In this document: positions 55,308 through 64,000 of the stretch, one piece after another
Position numbering within the stretch: position 1 is the first letter of the stretch
Layout: each line of letters starts with the position of its first letter
Virus record (IMG/VR): IMGVR_UViG_3300049370_000001
Location: 6,440-70,439 of that record
Direction: 5' to 3' (one strand)
Length of the DNA stretch: 64,000 bases
Source: a virus
Lineage: Duplodnaviria > Caudoviricetes
Notes under the pieces: model-generated
What the model was told of the DNA's origin: nothing
The model's database searches: none
Seen by the model: the letters and a program-made list of their open reading frames with translations, nothing else
Made by a program: the position numbers and the translations under genes

Positions 55308-56177
55308 TTATGTCCTTGCTTGAACTATTCCTTCGGTGGGTTTCATCGGATTGCTCTTGACGGAGTAAGGAAAGCCGCCAAAAGCTTCGCCCTGGTTGGT
55401 TTCGCCATACAGGTCCATTTTCACGGAACACGCAGCGAACGAGAGGTCGTCGCCAGCGATGCAATGAACTTCATCACCCACCTTTAACGAGGTTGCCGGG
55501 AATGAAGCGGAGAGCTCGAGGATCCGATTCGAGCCGGAGATGGTGTCGGAAAGAATGTCTCTGCCGTCATTATCGGGCAGTTCAACTTCCCCAGCCTTGA
55601 ACCAGTCAGCCGCAAAAGAGCCGACCCCCGAAACAGTGATCTTTCCGGCGGCGGCATCAATGGATTCCACCGTCGCGGTATAGCGATAGTTGTTTCGATT
55701 CGCCGGACAGGGAAAGACGTAAGGCGTGTAATTACAGGGTGGGGTGTAGTTGTATTGAAGTCCGTTTCGTTTCGCTGCCGCTAGAAGATTTTCAGCGGTG
55801 ATTTCCGCGAGATCTCCAGCCAGTTCGACGCTCTTGACGTTTCCAATCCAGTAGGGCCGGACTTCACTATCGCCTTGGTGTCTGCGATAGATCGTGAGAG
55901 CAATTTTGCTTGGGTGCTGATACTTGATGTTGAGCTTTGCGACTGCGACCGTCCGCGAAACGGTGAAGCGAATATCGGCTTCGTCGAGATCTCCACCATG
56001 CTCGATCTGTGGCGACGTTATGTAGACCGACTTAAAGGCGTATTCGACCGCGTCGATCATGACGTCGAGATCGATTGGCGCAGAGGTGTAGCAGAAACTT
56101 CGTGAGTCGGTATCGAATTTATAAAACTCGATTGGGGAACCGCCGTAAGTGCTTATTTCTCTCGCGTCGTAGGTCAT
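55308..56177 (-). CDS. Tail hub-like protein (BR0599/DUF2163-like)
   Basis: PIEFYKF, YWIGNV, C.Y..Y..PC, DWFKAG, C....N...FGGFPY. Confidence 0.75.
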   Translation of the reverse strand: MTYDAREISTYGGSPIEFYKFDTDSRSFCYTSAPIDLDVMIDAVEYAFKSVYITSPQIEHGGDLDEADIRFTVSRTVAVAKLNIKYQHPSKIALTIYRRHQGDSEVRPYWIGNVKSVELAGDLAEITAENLLAAAKRNGLQYNYTPPCNYTPYVFPCPANRNNYRYTATVESIDAAAGKITVSGVGSFAADWFKAGEVELPDNDGRDILSDTISGSNRILELSASFPATSLKVGDEVHCIAGDDLSFAACSVKMDLYGETNQGEAFGGFPYSVKSNPMKPTEGIVQART

Positions 56178-56584
56178 GCGAAAATGATCTCCAGCGCGCC
56201 GATGTCATAAGAGGCGGTCTTACCGTCCCGGATGGTCACAGACTCTTCCAGGGCGCCATGCGCACGGACTGTTCCTCCGGTTGACGCCGTTTTGAGAGCT
56301 ACCGCAACTGCGGCAGGCCAGTCGCCGCCGTTCGCTTGTGGAAAGGCAAGCTCAATAGCATTCGTGACTGACTTGGCTGAAGCGGTGGTCCAGCTTGTTT
56401 TATCGTTGGGGATTTCTACTCGAGCGTAGTCATCGGAAAAGGGGAGTTCCGTTCCGCCCGATCCGTCTGCCGCCGGCGCGACCGAATAGAGAGCGAGCCA
56501 GTGTGAAGCCGGCGGTGTGTAATTAACGGCGCCGAATTCTTTATCTAAAAGCTCGTTTGAGCAGACAGCGGAGAGGGCTGGCAT
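56174..56584 (-). CDS. Conserved phage tail protein
   Basis: WLALY...P..DG.GG.E...YARV...N.IE..FP.A....W. Confidence 0.75.
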   Translation of the reverse strand: MPALSAVCSNELLDKEFGAVNYTPPASHWLALYSVAPAADGSGGTELPFSDDYARVEIPNDKTSWTTASAKSVTNAIELAFPQANGGDWPAAVAVALKTASTGGTVRAHGALEESVTIRDGKTASYDIGALEIIFA

Positions 56585-56609
56585 AGTGTGAGGTTCCGGA
56601 TGTCAGGGG

Positions 56610-59600
56610 TTAAGCGTATCTATTGATCCTTGCCATTCGTCTTTGATTTCGTCGGATGCGGTACATGAGGACTCGATCAGATGCGTTGTAGTGTTCCTGC
56701 GCAGCGCGTTCATCGTCCACGAAAACGAACTGCTGGCGTGAAGGTCCGCCGCTCATCATCTGTTGGGTTTGTGAGGCGTTATAGACGTGGCCCGGACCAG
56801 CTATGAGTTCCGGTCCACGCTCTCCCGCCACATAGAATCGACCCGCAAGCGTGTCGCCACCAGAAGCGCGGAAGCCACCGAAAAGAGATCCAAAGAGTTT
56901 CGAGAGGAAGCCGCCGCCCGAATTACCGCCTCCGGCACTGCCGCCAAGTGCTCCGGCAAGCAGACCGCCAGTGCCGCCCGCTTTACCACCACCGCCGCCG
57001 CCGAATAACCCGCCAAGAAGTGAGGACAGCAATCCACCAGACAGTTTTCCGTCTTCCCCACGACCACCGAACAGCGCACCCGTTAACATTGAGGAAAGAT
57101 CGTGGCCCGCTCGGTTCTGCATATCTTTGAGCATAGGCATCAGGAAGCCCCCGAGAAGGTGATCCTTGAGAAACTTGCCCTTCCACAGGTCGCCGCCCAG
57201 CATCCCCTGTAGATTGCCTTGAAAGTCTCCGGCAATACCTTCTTTCGTAAGTGCGGCGTCGAAGAGTTTGTCGCGCTTTGCTTTCTTCTTTTTGTTGCCA
57301 TCGCCAAGCGCTTCCGCTCTCTTCGCCGCGATTTCTTCTTCCGTCAGCCCGCCGAGATTCTTTGCCGCCGCCGTTGCCGACTCGCCCAACAGTTCAATCG
57401 GTTTTCTGAGTATCAGCGCTTGCTCGCTGACAGCCGAAAAGGAGGTAGTGAGCGTTTCCGCCGCACCAAAGACATCAACATTCACCGGGACAGGATCGTT
57501 AATCGTGCGCGTTCCTATTTGCGCTTGCGGTCCTCGCCTGGCTGCGTACATCCCGCGCGCGCTATCGATTTGTCGCTGAAGGCCCGGGTCTTTGTAGTCG
57601 TAGAGTGAGGGCCCACTCCTAAAGTCAACCCCGTTGCCGTAATCAACAATTGTTACCGGAACGGGAGTTGCCGCGCTCGCAATTTGTGCGGTGTTCGACC
57701 CGCCGTTCCCGAGTGCTTGGTTGAAGTAGCCCATCCAACGGCTATTGGAGAGCTGTTTGCCGCCGCCGATCTTGCTTCCCGGTGTTGAAGTCCAATCAAG
57801 CGCCGCGATGTTTCGCGCTGCGTCGATGTTTCCAGAGAGAAGCGAAGGCAGACCGCCGCGATCTTTGAAGAGTTTCAGCGCAGCTATGAACTGCTGGTGC
57901 TCATCAGAGAAGTTGTCGAGGCCCAATTGTGGCGCGAGGTTGCGCCAGTTCGTGCGTGTTATCTGAAAGTCGCCAGATGCGGAGCTTGGACCTTTCGAGG
58001 TTCGAAACCATTGCGACATCGGCACGACTTCGCCCGGATGCAAAGGCCCTGAATTTACACGTCGCCCACCGGCCATAACATCAGGCGCGCCGCCTTCGGC
58101 CTTTTTGATTGCCTCGAAGAATGCTTTAACGGTCGGGTTTTGGCTGACTTTTTCCAAGTAATCGCGTTCACTCACTCCGGTGACGCCGCGCGTCCCTCGG
58201 AATCCTGCAAAGATCTCATCCGCGAGGCCAGCGCCCGCCGCGCTCAAGTTGATACTCGGATCAGCAAGACCCTGCGCCAAGCCGAGTCGAACATTCAGAC
58301 CTTCGGCAATCGCGCGCTTCGATGGCGATTGAGAGTCGAGACCCTTTTGCGACTTCATGCCCGTTATCAGCGAGTCGCCCAGCGTCGCTCCGGCCTGATT
58401 CATTGGGCCCTTGCCCTGTTCGACCGAATCGATCGCTGAAGCTGTTGCCGTAGTGAAGAGTGATTTAGCCCACTGGCCCAAACTCGAAATTCCATTTCCG
58501 AGATCCTGAAAGCTTGGATTGAGTTTGTCTGCCCCTGGAATACCCTTCCAACCCGGCGCAACTGTTTCTCCTATTGATTGGCCTAAAAAGAACCCTGGAG
58601 GGGCCGCCATGTTGTCGCTAACCTTTGAGGCCGTCTTGGTAACGATTGAACCAACGCCACCGCGCGCCGCGCTGCCCGTTAATGCAAAAAGCACCTCATC
58701 GTCTTTGTCGCGAGCTTTCAGATAAGCGCTTGCCAGTCCCCCCAGCGCATCTGAAACCGCTCCAGGCTTGCCCATTTCGTCGCGTCGAACGATCTGATCC
58801 CTGAGTGCTTGCAACCTGATTGGGCCAGCCGCCCCCGCCGACGGGTTTAGCACGTCACCACCAGCAAAGGCATTTGCCATCATTGCGGCTTCAGCAGAAC
58901 GCTTTGAAGATTCAAGGCCGACGAAAGTATTCTCGCCCGCGAACTTCATTAGCCCCGCATATTTCTTATTCCAGTAGTCTATGAGAAGGTCAACCGCCGG
59001 AATACTCTTGACTTCGCCCGCCGCCATTTTTTTGTTTAATGTTTCAACGGACACATCAAGAGCAGCAGCCATATCAGCAATCGCTGAAGGGATATGATCG
59101 GCAAGCTGACCTTTCAACTCTTCTGACATGAGGGTAGGCTTGCCGCGCATTTGCGTTAGCGCCCTTACGGTTCCCTCTTGTGCCGTGACATTAAAGTTAC
59201 CAGCACCCGCGAGAGCGTTTCCGATGCCACTGAGATAAGTTTGCAGGTTTTTTGCTTGAACCTTAGCCGCGAGAAGAGATTGGGAGTATTTAAGGACAGG
59301 CTGATCGTCAAAGGGCGTGATACGAGCAAACTTCAGCATGTCGGCAGTAAGCTCTTTACCCTTTTGCATGTCGTTAAGGAGCGTGCCAAACGACAGCTTC
59401 GTCATCTGCACGACATCGTAATACTCCATGCCGCGCGCGCTGAGATCGCGCATCTTTTCAACGCCCTGTTGAATGGCGCCACCGATCAAGTTCGCTGCCG
59501 CTCCGCCCGCAAGTGCGTCAAGCCCCTGCCCGCGCTGAATTCCAAAACCTGACAGAAAGCCTTGTGAGAAATTTGAGTTTGAGAGCTTGGACCAGGCGGA

Positions 59601-59735
59601 CTCAACGCTCCTGATGTGGCCTTTCGCCTTGGACTCAAATTCCGAAAACTGTTTTGAGGCGTTCTTTAGCCCTGCCTGCATCTTTCCAGACTGCAAGTCA
59701 ATTGTTCCGTAGAGCTCGAAGGCCTTCACGCTCAA
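56610..59735 (-). CDS. Tape measure protein with embedded lambda-lysozyme-like domain
   Basis: 1041 aa after the chaperone pair; F...TPF, QLADHIP, FRASGG...ERGPEL; internal AIKKAEG...SSASGDFQIT..W...F...Q. Confidence 0.9.
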   Translation of the reverse strand: MSVKAFELYGTIDLQSGKMQAGLKNASKQFSEFESKAKGHIRSVESAWSKLSNSNFSQGFLSGFGIQRGQGLDALAGGAAANLIGGAIQQGVEKMRDLSARGMEYYDVVQMTKLSFGTLLNDMQKGKELTADMLKFARITPFDDQPVLKYSQSLLAAKVQAKNLQTYLSGIGNALAGAGNFNVTAQEGTVRALTQMRGKPTLMSEELKGQLADHIPSAIADMAAALDVSVETLNKKMAAGEVKSIPAVDLLIDYWNKKYAGLMKFAGENTFVGLESSKRSAEAAMMANAFAGGDVLNPSAGAAGPIRLQALRDQIVRRDEMGKPGAVSDALGGLASAYLKARDKDDEVLFALTGSAARGGVGSIVTKTASKVSDNMAAPPGFFLGQSIGETVAPGWKGIPGADKLNPSFQDLGNGISSLGQWAKSLFTTATASAIDSVEQGKGPMNQAGATLGDSLITGMKSQKGLDSQSPSKRAIAEGLNVRLGLAQGLADPSINLSAAGAGLADEIFAGFRGTRGVTGVSERDYLEKVSQNPTVKAFFEAIKKAEGGAPDVMAGGRRVNSGPLHPGEVVPMSQWFRTSKGPSSASGDFQITRTNWRNLAPQLGLDNFSDEHQQFIAALKLFKDRGGLPSLLSGNIDAARNIAALDWTSTPGSKIGGGKQLSNSRWMGYFNQALGNGGSNTAQIASAATPVPVTIVDYGNGVDFRSGPSLYDYKDPGLQRQIDSARGMYAARRGPQAQIGTRTINDPVPVNVDVFGAAETLTTSFSAVSEQALILRKPIELLGESATAAAKNLGGLTEEEIAAKRAEALGDGNKKKKAKRDKLFDAALTKEGIAGDFQGNLQGMLGGDLWKGKFLKDHLLGGFLMPMLKDMQNRAGHDLSSMLTGALFGGRGEDGKLSGGLLSSLLGGLFGGGGGGKAGGTGGLLAGALGGSAGGGNSGGGFLSKLFGSLFGGFRASGGDTLAGRFYVAGERGPELIAGPGHVYNASQTQQMMSGGPSRQQFVFVDDERAAQEHYNASDRVLMYRIRRNQRRMARINRYA

Positions 59736-59737
59736 AA

Positions 59738-60306
59738 CTAAGTTTCCTTGTCTATTGTTTTCTTCGAATGATCAACCGCCGCCAAGCGCCGGGCCTGCAT
59801 AACTACGTTAATGCGCTCGATCCAGAGTTCGTCCCATCTTTCCCATATTTCTTGCGGGTTGCAGCTGAACATCATCGCGAGATCGATGATGTCAACGTAT
59901 TCAGGACAGTGAGCGTCCGGGTGATTTGGTGACCTCAGCCAGATTTCGTACTGGTCGAGGTCTGCTCGTTTGGGCTTCGCGACTCCTGAAGTGAATTCCA
60001 GATCGACAGCAACACGCGATCGTCAACACCGTCCAAGTATTCAGCCGAGAGCGGGAACGGCTTGGCCTCCGCGTCAACCACGTCGGGACTTTGCACGTCA
60101 GCCATTACGATTAGGCGGATCAACTCTTCCTTGTCGGGCGCGGTCTTGTCGTAAGTTTCTTTGAACTGCGCCCGCGAGGCCGGTGAGAGCGTACAGCGAT
60201 TGAGGCGAACAGTTTCCGTGCGCTCTTCACCATCGATCATTAGCGTGATGGTGATAGGCGACATCGGATGCCGCGCCTTCTGAATGTTGGTTGCCAGAAT
60301 AGGCAT
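59738..60306 (-). CDS. Tail assembly chaperone GT via -1 programmed frameshift
   Basis: In-frame slippery C-CCA-AAC at 59974-59968; the -1 frame is open to TAG at 59740-38. Confidence 0.75.
59935..60306 (-). CDS. Tail assembly chaperone G
   Basis: Between major tail and tape measure genes; SD AAAAGGA. Confidence 0.8.
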   Translation of the reverse strand: MPILATNIQKARHPMSPITITLMIDGEERTETVRLNRCTLSPASRAQFKETYDKTAPDKEELIRLIVMADVQSPDVVDAEAKPFPLSAEYLDGVDDRVLLSIWNSLQESRSPNEQTSTSTKSG

Positions 60307-60325
60307 AAATTGTTCTTCCTTTTAG

Positions 60326-60366
60326 AAGTTCGGCGGGCGTCCGATTATGTTTGTCGAATCGCCCGC
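60326..60366 (-). terminator. GC hairpin after the major tail gene (attenuator-like)
   Basis: CGGCGGGCG / CGCCCGCCG 9-bp stem; weak U tract. Confidence 0.35.
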
Positions 60367-60397
60367 CGGGAGAGTGGTCAGTCAGGTAGGTTGAGAA

Positions 60398-61387
60398 TTA
60401 AGCGTAGTCTGCGAGCTGGTTTACAAGGTATATAGACCATGCCTTGCCCCAGGCTGGATCCCCGACAATCTCGAATTCAAAATTAAAGCCGAACACGTCG
60501 CCGTTGCCTTTTCGCTGTTCTTTTGCATCCGTAAATTGCAAAGCGAAGTCGCCCTGGAAGGTGTAATCAGCGCCTGCGCCGATTGCATTTCCAACAGCCA
60601 AGGCACGAAGGAAGTAGTTGTCTACGTTGTCGGCCTTCAGTGCGGAGTAGAGAGTTTCCATCTGCGGAGTGAATTGCGCCTCAAAAGTGAGTTTGGGCGT
60701 CATGGCCTGCTCTACAGTGTCGGACCAGCTGGGTTCGGAAGCATCGAGGCACCACTCCAGATCGTATTTCTTTGGCAGCTTGATCGAGAGTTTGTAAACT
60801 TTTTCCAGTTGTGTTTCGCCTAAATCGCCCGATGCCGCATCCAGAAACAGCGACATATCGGCCATTGAGACCGGCGTGTTAGCCAAGGTGGTTGGGGATG
60901 CAGTAAGTGTCTCGCCTACTGAGAACAACTTCGCGAGCACTTCACCTGAAATGTTTCCGCTCTCGCGGGTGATTTCAATATCGAGTGAGTTAAAAATCCC
61001 GTTCGTCGCAACGGCTGCGGAAGTAGAGTCACCGCGTTCGATCGTGAAGGTCTTGAAGATGTCAGCCGTGCCACCGATGCCCGGAGCAAACGTCCAGCCT
61101 TTTCCACCTGTACCAACGTTTGAGGGTGCTGCGTAGTTGGAATAGCTAGAGAGGATGATCGCCAGTTCGGTGAAGTTCAGCGGTCCTTTGAAAGAACCTA
61201 CGGACCACGACTTGTTCATTACCCCGATGGTGTTGAACTTGTAGCCAGCGCCGCGATAGAACTGCTTTTGGTGCTCGGGTGAGATTTCGATGTCAACTGA
61301 AGGCAGGCGGAGATCGCCCTCAACCTGAGTGCCAGGCGTTGCTTCCACGCCAATTTGGGAGACAATATTTACGTCTGCTCGCGACAT
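60398..61387 (-). CDS. Major tail protein
   Basis: QIGVEATPG, FTIERGD, position upstream of the chaperones. Confidence 0.8.
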   Translation of the reverse strand: MSRADVNIVSQIGVEATPGTQVEGDLRLPSVDIEISPEHQKQFYRGAGYKFNTIGVMNKSWSVGSFKGPLNFTELAIILSSYSNYAAPSNVGTGGKGWTFAPGIGGTADIFKTFTIERGDSTSAAVATNGIFNSLDIEITRESGNISGEVLAKLFSVGETLTASPTTLANTPVSMADMSLFLDAASGDLGETQLEKVYKLSIKLPKKYDLEWCLDASEPSWSDTVEQAMTPKLTFEAQFTPQMETLYSALKADNVDNYFLRALAVGNAIGAGADYTFQGDFALQFTDAKEQRKGNGDVFGFNFEFEIVGDPAWGKAWSIYLVNQLADYA

Positions 61388-61434
61388 TTGTGAGGATTCC
61401 TTTGTGAGTGCCCGTTAATGAGGTGGGCGGTTAG

Positions 61435-61623
61435 TTATTCTTGCGGTTCAGGTTCGGGTGAGACTTCCTGGGTAACTTCTTCGGCGATCACTTCTTCAAT
61501 CGCGTCAGGATCGGCTGAGAGCGATTCACCCTTCGCGGATTCAACTCGACAGCCAACTCTTTTGTGTTCGTCGAGATCGTGAGGATTGCGGTATGAGAGA
61601 CCGCACTTACAGGCGTGTCTCAT
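61435..61623 (-). CDS. Small hypothetical protein
   Basis: MRHACKCG...HKRVGC, acidic tail; TAATG coupling. Confidence 0.5.
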   Translation of the reverse strand: MRHACKCGLSYRNPHDLDEHKRVGCRVESAKGESLSADPDAIEEVIAEEVTQEVSPEPEPQE

Positions 61624-62024
61624 TACGGAGTAGCGTCTTGCAGTGTCCAAATTTGCAAATTGCCAGCGACAGCACCGTTGGTGACGCGAATGTCAACCAC
61701 GTCTGTTGCTGAGTCTGCAAAGGGGCTGGCGTTAGAACTGTTGACCGTCCACCTGAGGGCCTGTCCGGCCACCAGCACGATTGTGTGATCGGGACTTCCA
61801 TCAAGATCATCGTTCGTGGCCAGCGTCATGTTCTTTTCAGCAAGCAGGAAGATCGACTTCAACGCCGAGACGTCAATAGCCATGTTGATGACTACGTTAT
61901 CCGCGTTCATTGCAATCGTTTCTGAAATGTTTGCTTCGCCGCTTGAAGTGACAACTTCAGTCGTGGTCGAGACGCTTTGCCCGCCAGACTTAAAGCTCAA
62001 TCCCCATGTGTGTGTGTAAGCCAT
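61623..62024 (-). CDS. Putative virion protein
   Basis: SD AGGAG; beta-rich. Confidence 0.6.
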   Translation of the reverse strand: MAYTHTWGLSFKSGGQSVSTTTEVVTSSGEANISETIAMNADNVVINMAIDVSALKSIFLLAEKNMTLATNDDLDGSPDHTIVLVAGQALRWTVNSSNASPFADSATDVVDIRVTNGAVAGNLQIWTLQDATP

Positions 62025-62032
62025 CTAATCTC

Positions 62033-62449
62033 CTATGCTGCTGAAATACTCAAGCGATAACTTCTTCCGACCCAATAGAATTTTTTGCTTGCTTTAAGAT
62101 CCACTTCTTCTCTGATCCATGCGCCGCCTTCGCTTCGTGAACTGACTTCCCAAACATCGCCGTTCGCGTCAGTAACCGGATAACTTCTAAGCGATTCCAT
62201 CGCGGCATCAATTGCTTTCGCGCCAGCTTGTGCAACGTCTGAATACGGGTTCCATTCGACCCAGATCCCGACGTCGACAAGTGGCGAGGTCATTGCGCGA
62301 GTACCGCCAATCACTTGTGAGTCCGTGCCGGGACTTCGCTGCCGACAGACTATGTAAGGAACTACTGCGTTCTGCGGCGCCGATTCAAAGAACGTGCCCG
62401 GCAAGACCGCTTCGACTGCAAGTTTTGCGGCTGCTGCTTCGTGCCCCAT
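62033..62449 (-). CDS. Tail terminator-like protein
   Basis: FFESAPQ....PYIV; position after the gp10-like gene. Confidence 0.65.
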   Translation of the reverse strand: MGHEAAAAKLAVEAVLPGTFFESAPQNAVVPYIVCRQRSPGTDSQVIGGTRAMTSPLVDVGIWVEWNPYSDVAQAGAKAIDAAMESLRSYPVTDANGDVWEVSSRSEGGAWIREEVDLKASKKFYWVGRSYRLSISAA

Positions 62450-62679
62450 TACTCAAAGATCGATTCTGTAACGAGCGGACGGCTTGGTCGAAACCACTTA
62501 TCGTCGTTAACCCTTAACCTGACGCCTCGGTTGATTGCGCTTACAACTGCGCGCCGGAAGGCCTTCACGAGACGCGGTTGGGCCGGAGCAATACGTATGG
62601 CCAATCTGAGAGCACGGAGACTCCATCGCATTCGCCACGTGCTGCACTGAATCGTCATCGTTAGTTCAGTTGCCTTCAT
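62449..62679 (-). CDS. Small hypothetical protein
   Basis: Coupled at both ends (ATGA, TAATG). Confidence 0.4.
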   Translation of the reverse strand: MKATELTMTIQCSTWRMRWSLRALRLAIRIAPAQPRLVKAFRRAVVSAINRGVRLRVNDDKWFRPSRPLVTESIFE

Positions 62680-63002
62680 CTCAAAGACCTTTCAATCTTC
62701 GTCAGTTCGTTCTCGAATTCTTTCTTGACTTGGTCCGCCGCCGGAGTTAAGAACGGCTTCCCTTTTTGAAAACGCGTACCAAATTCCTGCGCACTGGCAT
62801 AATCGACGTTTGTTCCCACGGTTGCTTTCAATGGTCCTTCAACGCGTGTCTGGATGGAGTTGCGCAGCATTCCCGTATCGACCGGAGCAAGAGTCTTCGC
62901 CTGTGCTTCAATCAAAAACGCGGCTTTGCGCACCGCCTCAGATAGTGCTCTTTCAATTTGCGACTGAATGCGCGGAAGATTGTTTTTTGACTGAACTGAC
63001 AT
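62676..63002 (-). CDS. HK97 gp10-like neck/tail protein
   Basis: AKTLAPVDTGMLRNSI...VGTNVDYA..QEFGT...PFL.PA. Confidence 0.88.
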   Translation of the reverse strand: MSVQSKNNLPRIQSQIERALSEAVRKAAFLIEAQAKTLAPVDTGMLRNSIQTRVEGPLKATVGTNVDYASAQEFGTRFQKGKPFLTPAADQVKKEFENELTKIERSLR

Positions 63003-63092
63003 CTACCTTGCGGGCCGATGTTTGGCCTTAAACCACTTCAAATACTTACCCGTCGAACACTTGTGCTTGATTCGATCTCTTAATCGCTTCAT

Positions 63093-63467
63093 CTATCCTT
63101 CCAAAGTGCCAAGAACGGTCATCGGCAGGCCCGCGTTTCTTAAAATCGCCTTCACTTCAAAGGTGTGTTCCGGTTCGTTACCGCGTGCTTCGATGATCAC
63201 TCTGTCTTGCGGTTTCACATCGGTCGATCCAGACATCGTAATCTCGTAAGGCACCACTGCATTGATCTGTCCGGCCCGCATGTACTCCATTCCGGTTTTA
63301 CTGGCTGGAGCCCATGAACAACCGATCGATGATTCAACAGTTGAGTAGACCGGAGCGGGAGTGAACTCAGGGCGCTCGACTCTGCCCACATCCGGGTAAA
63401 CGTTTTCAAGGATCACATCGGTGTAAGTTGCTAACTGGTTGAGTGCGATGCCGAGTGGTGTGGTCAT
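63093..63467 (-). CDS. Head-closure/head-tail adaptor
   Basis: YEITM...DVKPQDRVII...TFEV. Confidence 0.68.
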   Translation of the reverse strand: MTTPLGIALNQLATYTDVILENVYPDVGRVERPEFTPAPVYSTVESSIGCSWAPASKTGMEYMRAGQINAVVPYEITMSGSTDVKPQDRVIIEARGNEPEHTFEVKAILRNAGLPMTVLGTLEG

Positions 63468-63979
63468 GCGCGCACTATCCGGCCACCACCAGCCGAGATC
63501 ATTACGAGTCGTAAAAGTCGCACAGCCTCAGCGGGTAACTTTCCGGCAGAAGTTTGGCTGAACTGCTTGATCTGAACGGCGCCGGCTGAGAAGTAAGAAA
63601 AGTTGCCCATGTAGGTTTCACTAATAAAGTCAGCTCTTAGAAGTTCAAGTGCTGTGGTGTAGACCGCTTGCTTTACTCGTTCTGGAATGGTGGTAGTTGA
63701 GAATGGAATGCCATCTTCATCAGTCACTCCGACCCGGGGCCACTTGAGAGCCTGATCGGTTGATACTTTGAATCCGCGAAACTGCTCTTCATCGATTCGC
63801 CGAGTTGCGGTGACAAGCGCAGCCGACTTCTCCGCGTCCGTGCGGCTGATTCCAGCCGAGGTCTTGTTCCAGTTCCCGTTATCGTCTTTGCCGATGCGAT
63901 CCGCGAAGTAGGTCTCGGCTTCGGCGAGAGCGCAGTAGGAATTTGAGGTTGAGGCTCCGACTGTTGCGGCTAAAGACAT
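63464..63979 (-). CDS. Head-tail connector (DnaT-like phage family)
   Basis: SNSYC.LAEAE.YF, ALV.ATR.ID, QAL.WPR, IP.RVKQA...ALE. Confidence 0.78.
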   Translation of the reverse strand: MSLAATVGASTSNSYCALAEAETYFADRIGKDDNGNWNKTSAGISRTDAEKSAALVTATRRIDEEQFRGFKVSTDQALKWPRVGVTDEDGIPFSTTTIPERVKQAVYTTALELLRADFISETYMGNFSYFSAGAVQIKQFSQTSAGKLPAEAVRLLRLVMISAGGGRIVRA

Positions 63980-64000
63980 TGATTAAGCAGCGGCGACAAC

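Larger units (their letters stand above)
1..64000. mobile_element. Temperate tailed phage genome (most of it), apparently excised/circular form
   Basis: Terminase, portal, tail, lysis, replication, integrase and internal attP are present; no host housekeeping genes seen. Confidence 0.93.

Overview
Nearly the whole window is one temperate, long-tailed (siphovirus-like) dsDNA phage genome; no host genes were recognised. It looks like the excised or circular form. An intact attP (3' half of tRNA-Arg(UCG) with arm repeats on both sides, about 43121-43403) lies internally. Both window ends fall in the minus-strand virion operon in the expected order, so the scaffold and major capsid genes probably lie just outside the window. 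Layout: 1-13910 head, packaging and lysis (minus); 13888-27445 leftward accessory arm with GH19 endolysin, MazG-like protein, HNH, sulfotransferase and NinG-like protein; 27457-29274 immunity region; 29370-50351 rightward arm with recombination, replication, three DNA methyltransferases, xis/int/attP, a LAGLIDADG endonuclease and a RuvC-like resolvase; 50331-63979 tail module (minus). The most unusual observations are: (1) a lambda-like switch built from two divergent ribbon-helix-helix proteins with an identical 17-bp operator between the -35 and -10 boxes of both early promoters; (2) a homing endonuclease inserted at the catalytic GIDPG motif of ruvC that supplies a recoded replacement 5' end; (3) a C5-methyltransferase whose motif IX and five TRD-like repeats are encoded in an overlapping +1 frame; (4) several secreted cargo proteins; (5) a CCTCA(C) motif beside late-gene start codons; (6) repeated apparent +1 insertions confined to small accessory genes, which may be assembly artefacts. 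All family names come from motif recognition by eye, not database searches. Spanin-like genes suggest a diderm host, but the host cannot be determined from this window.
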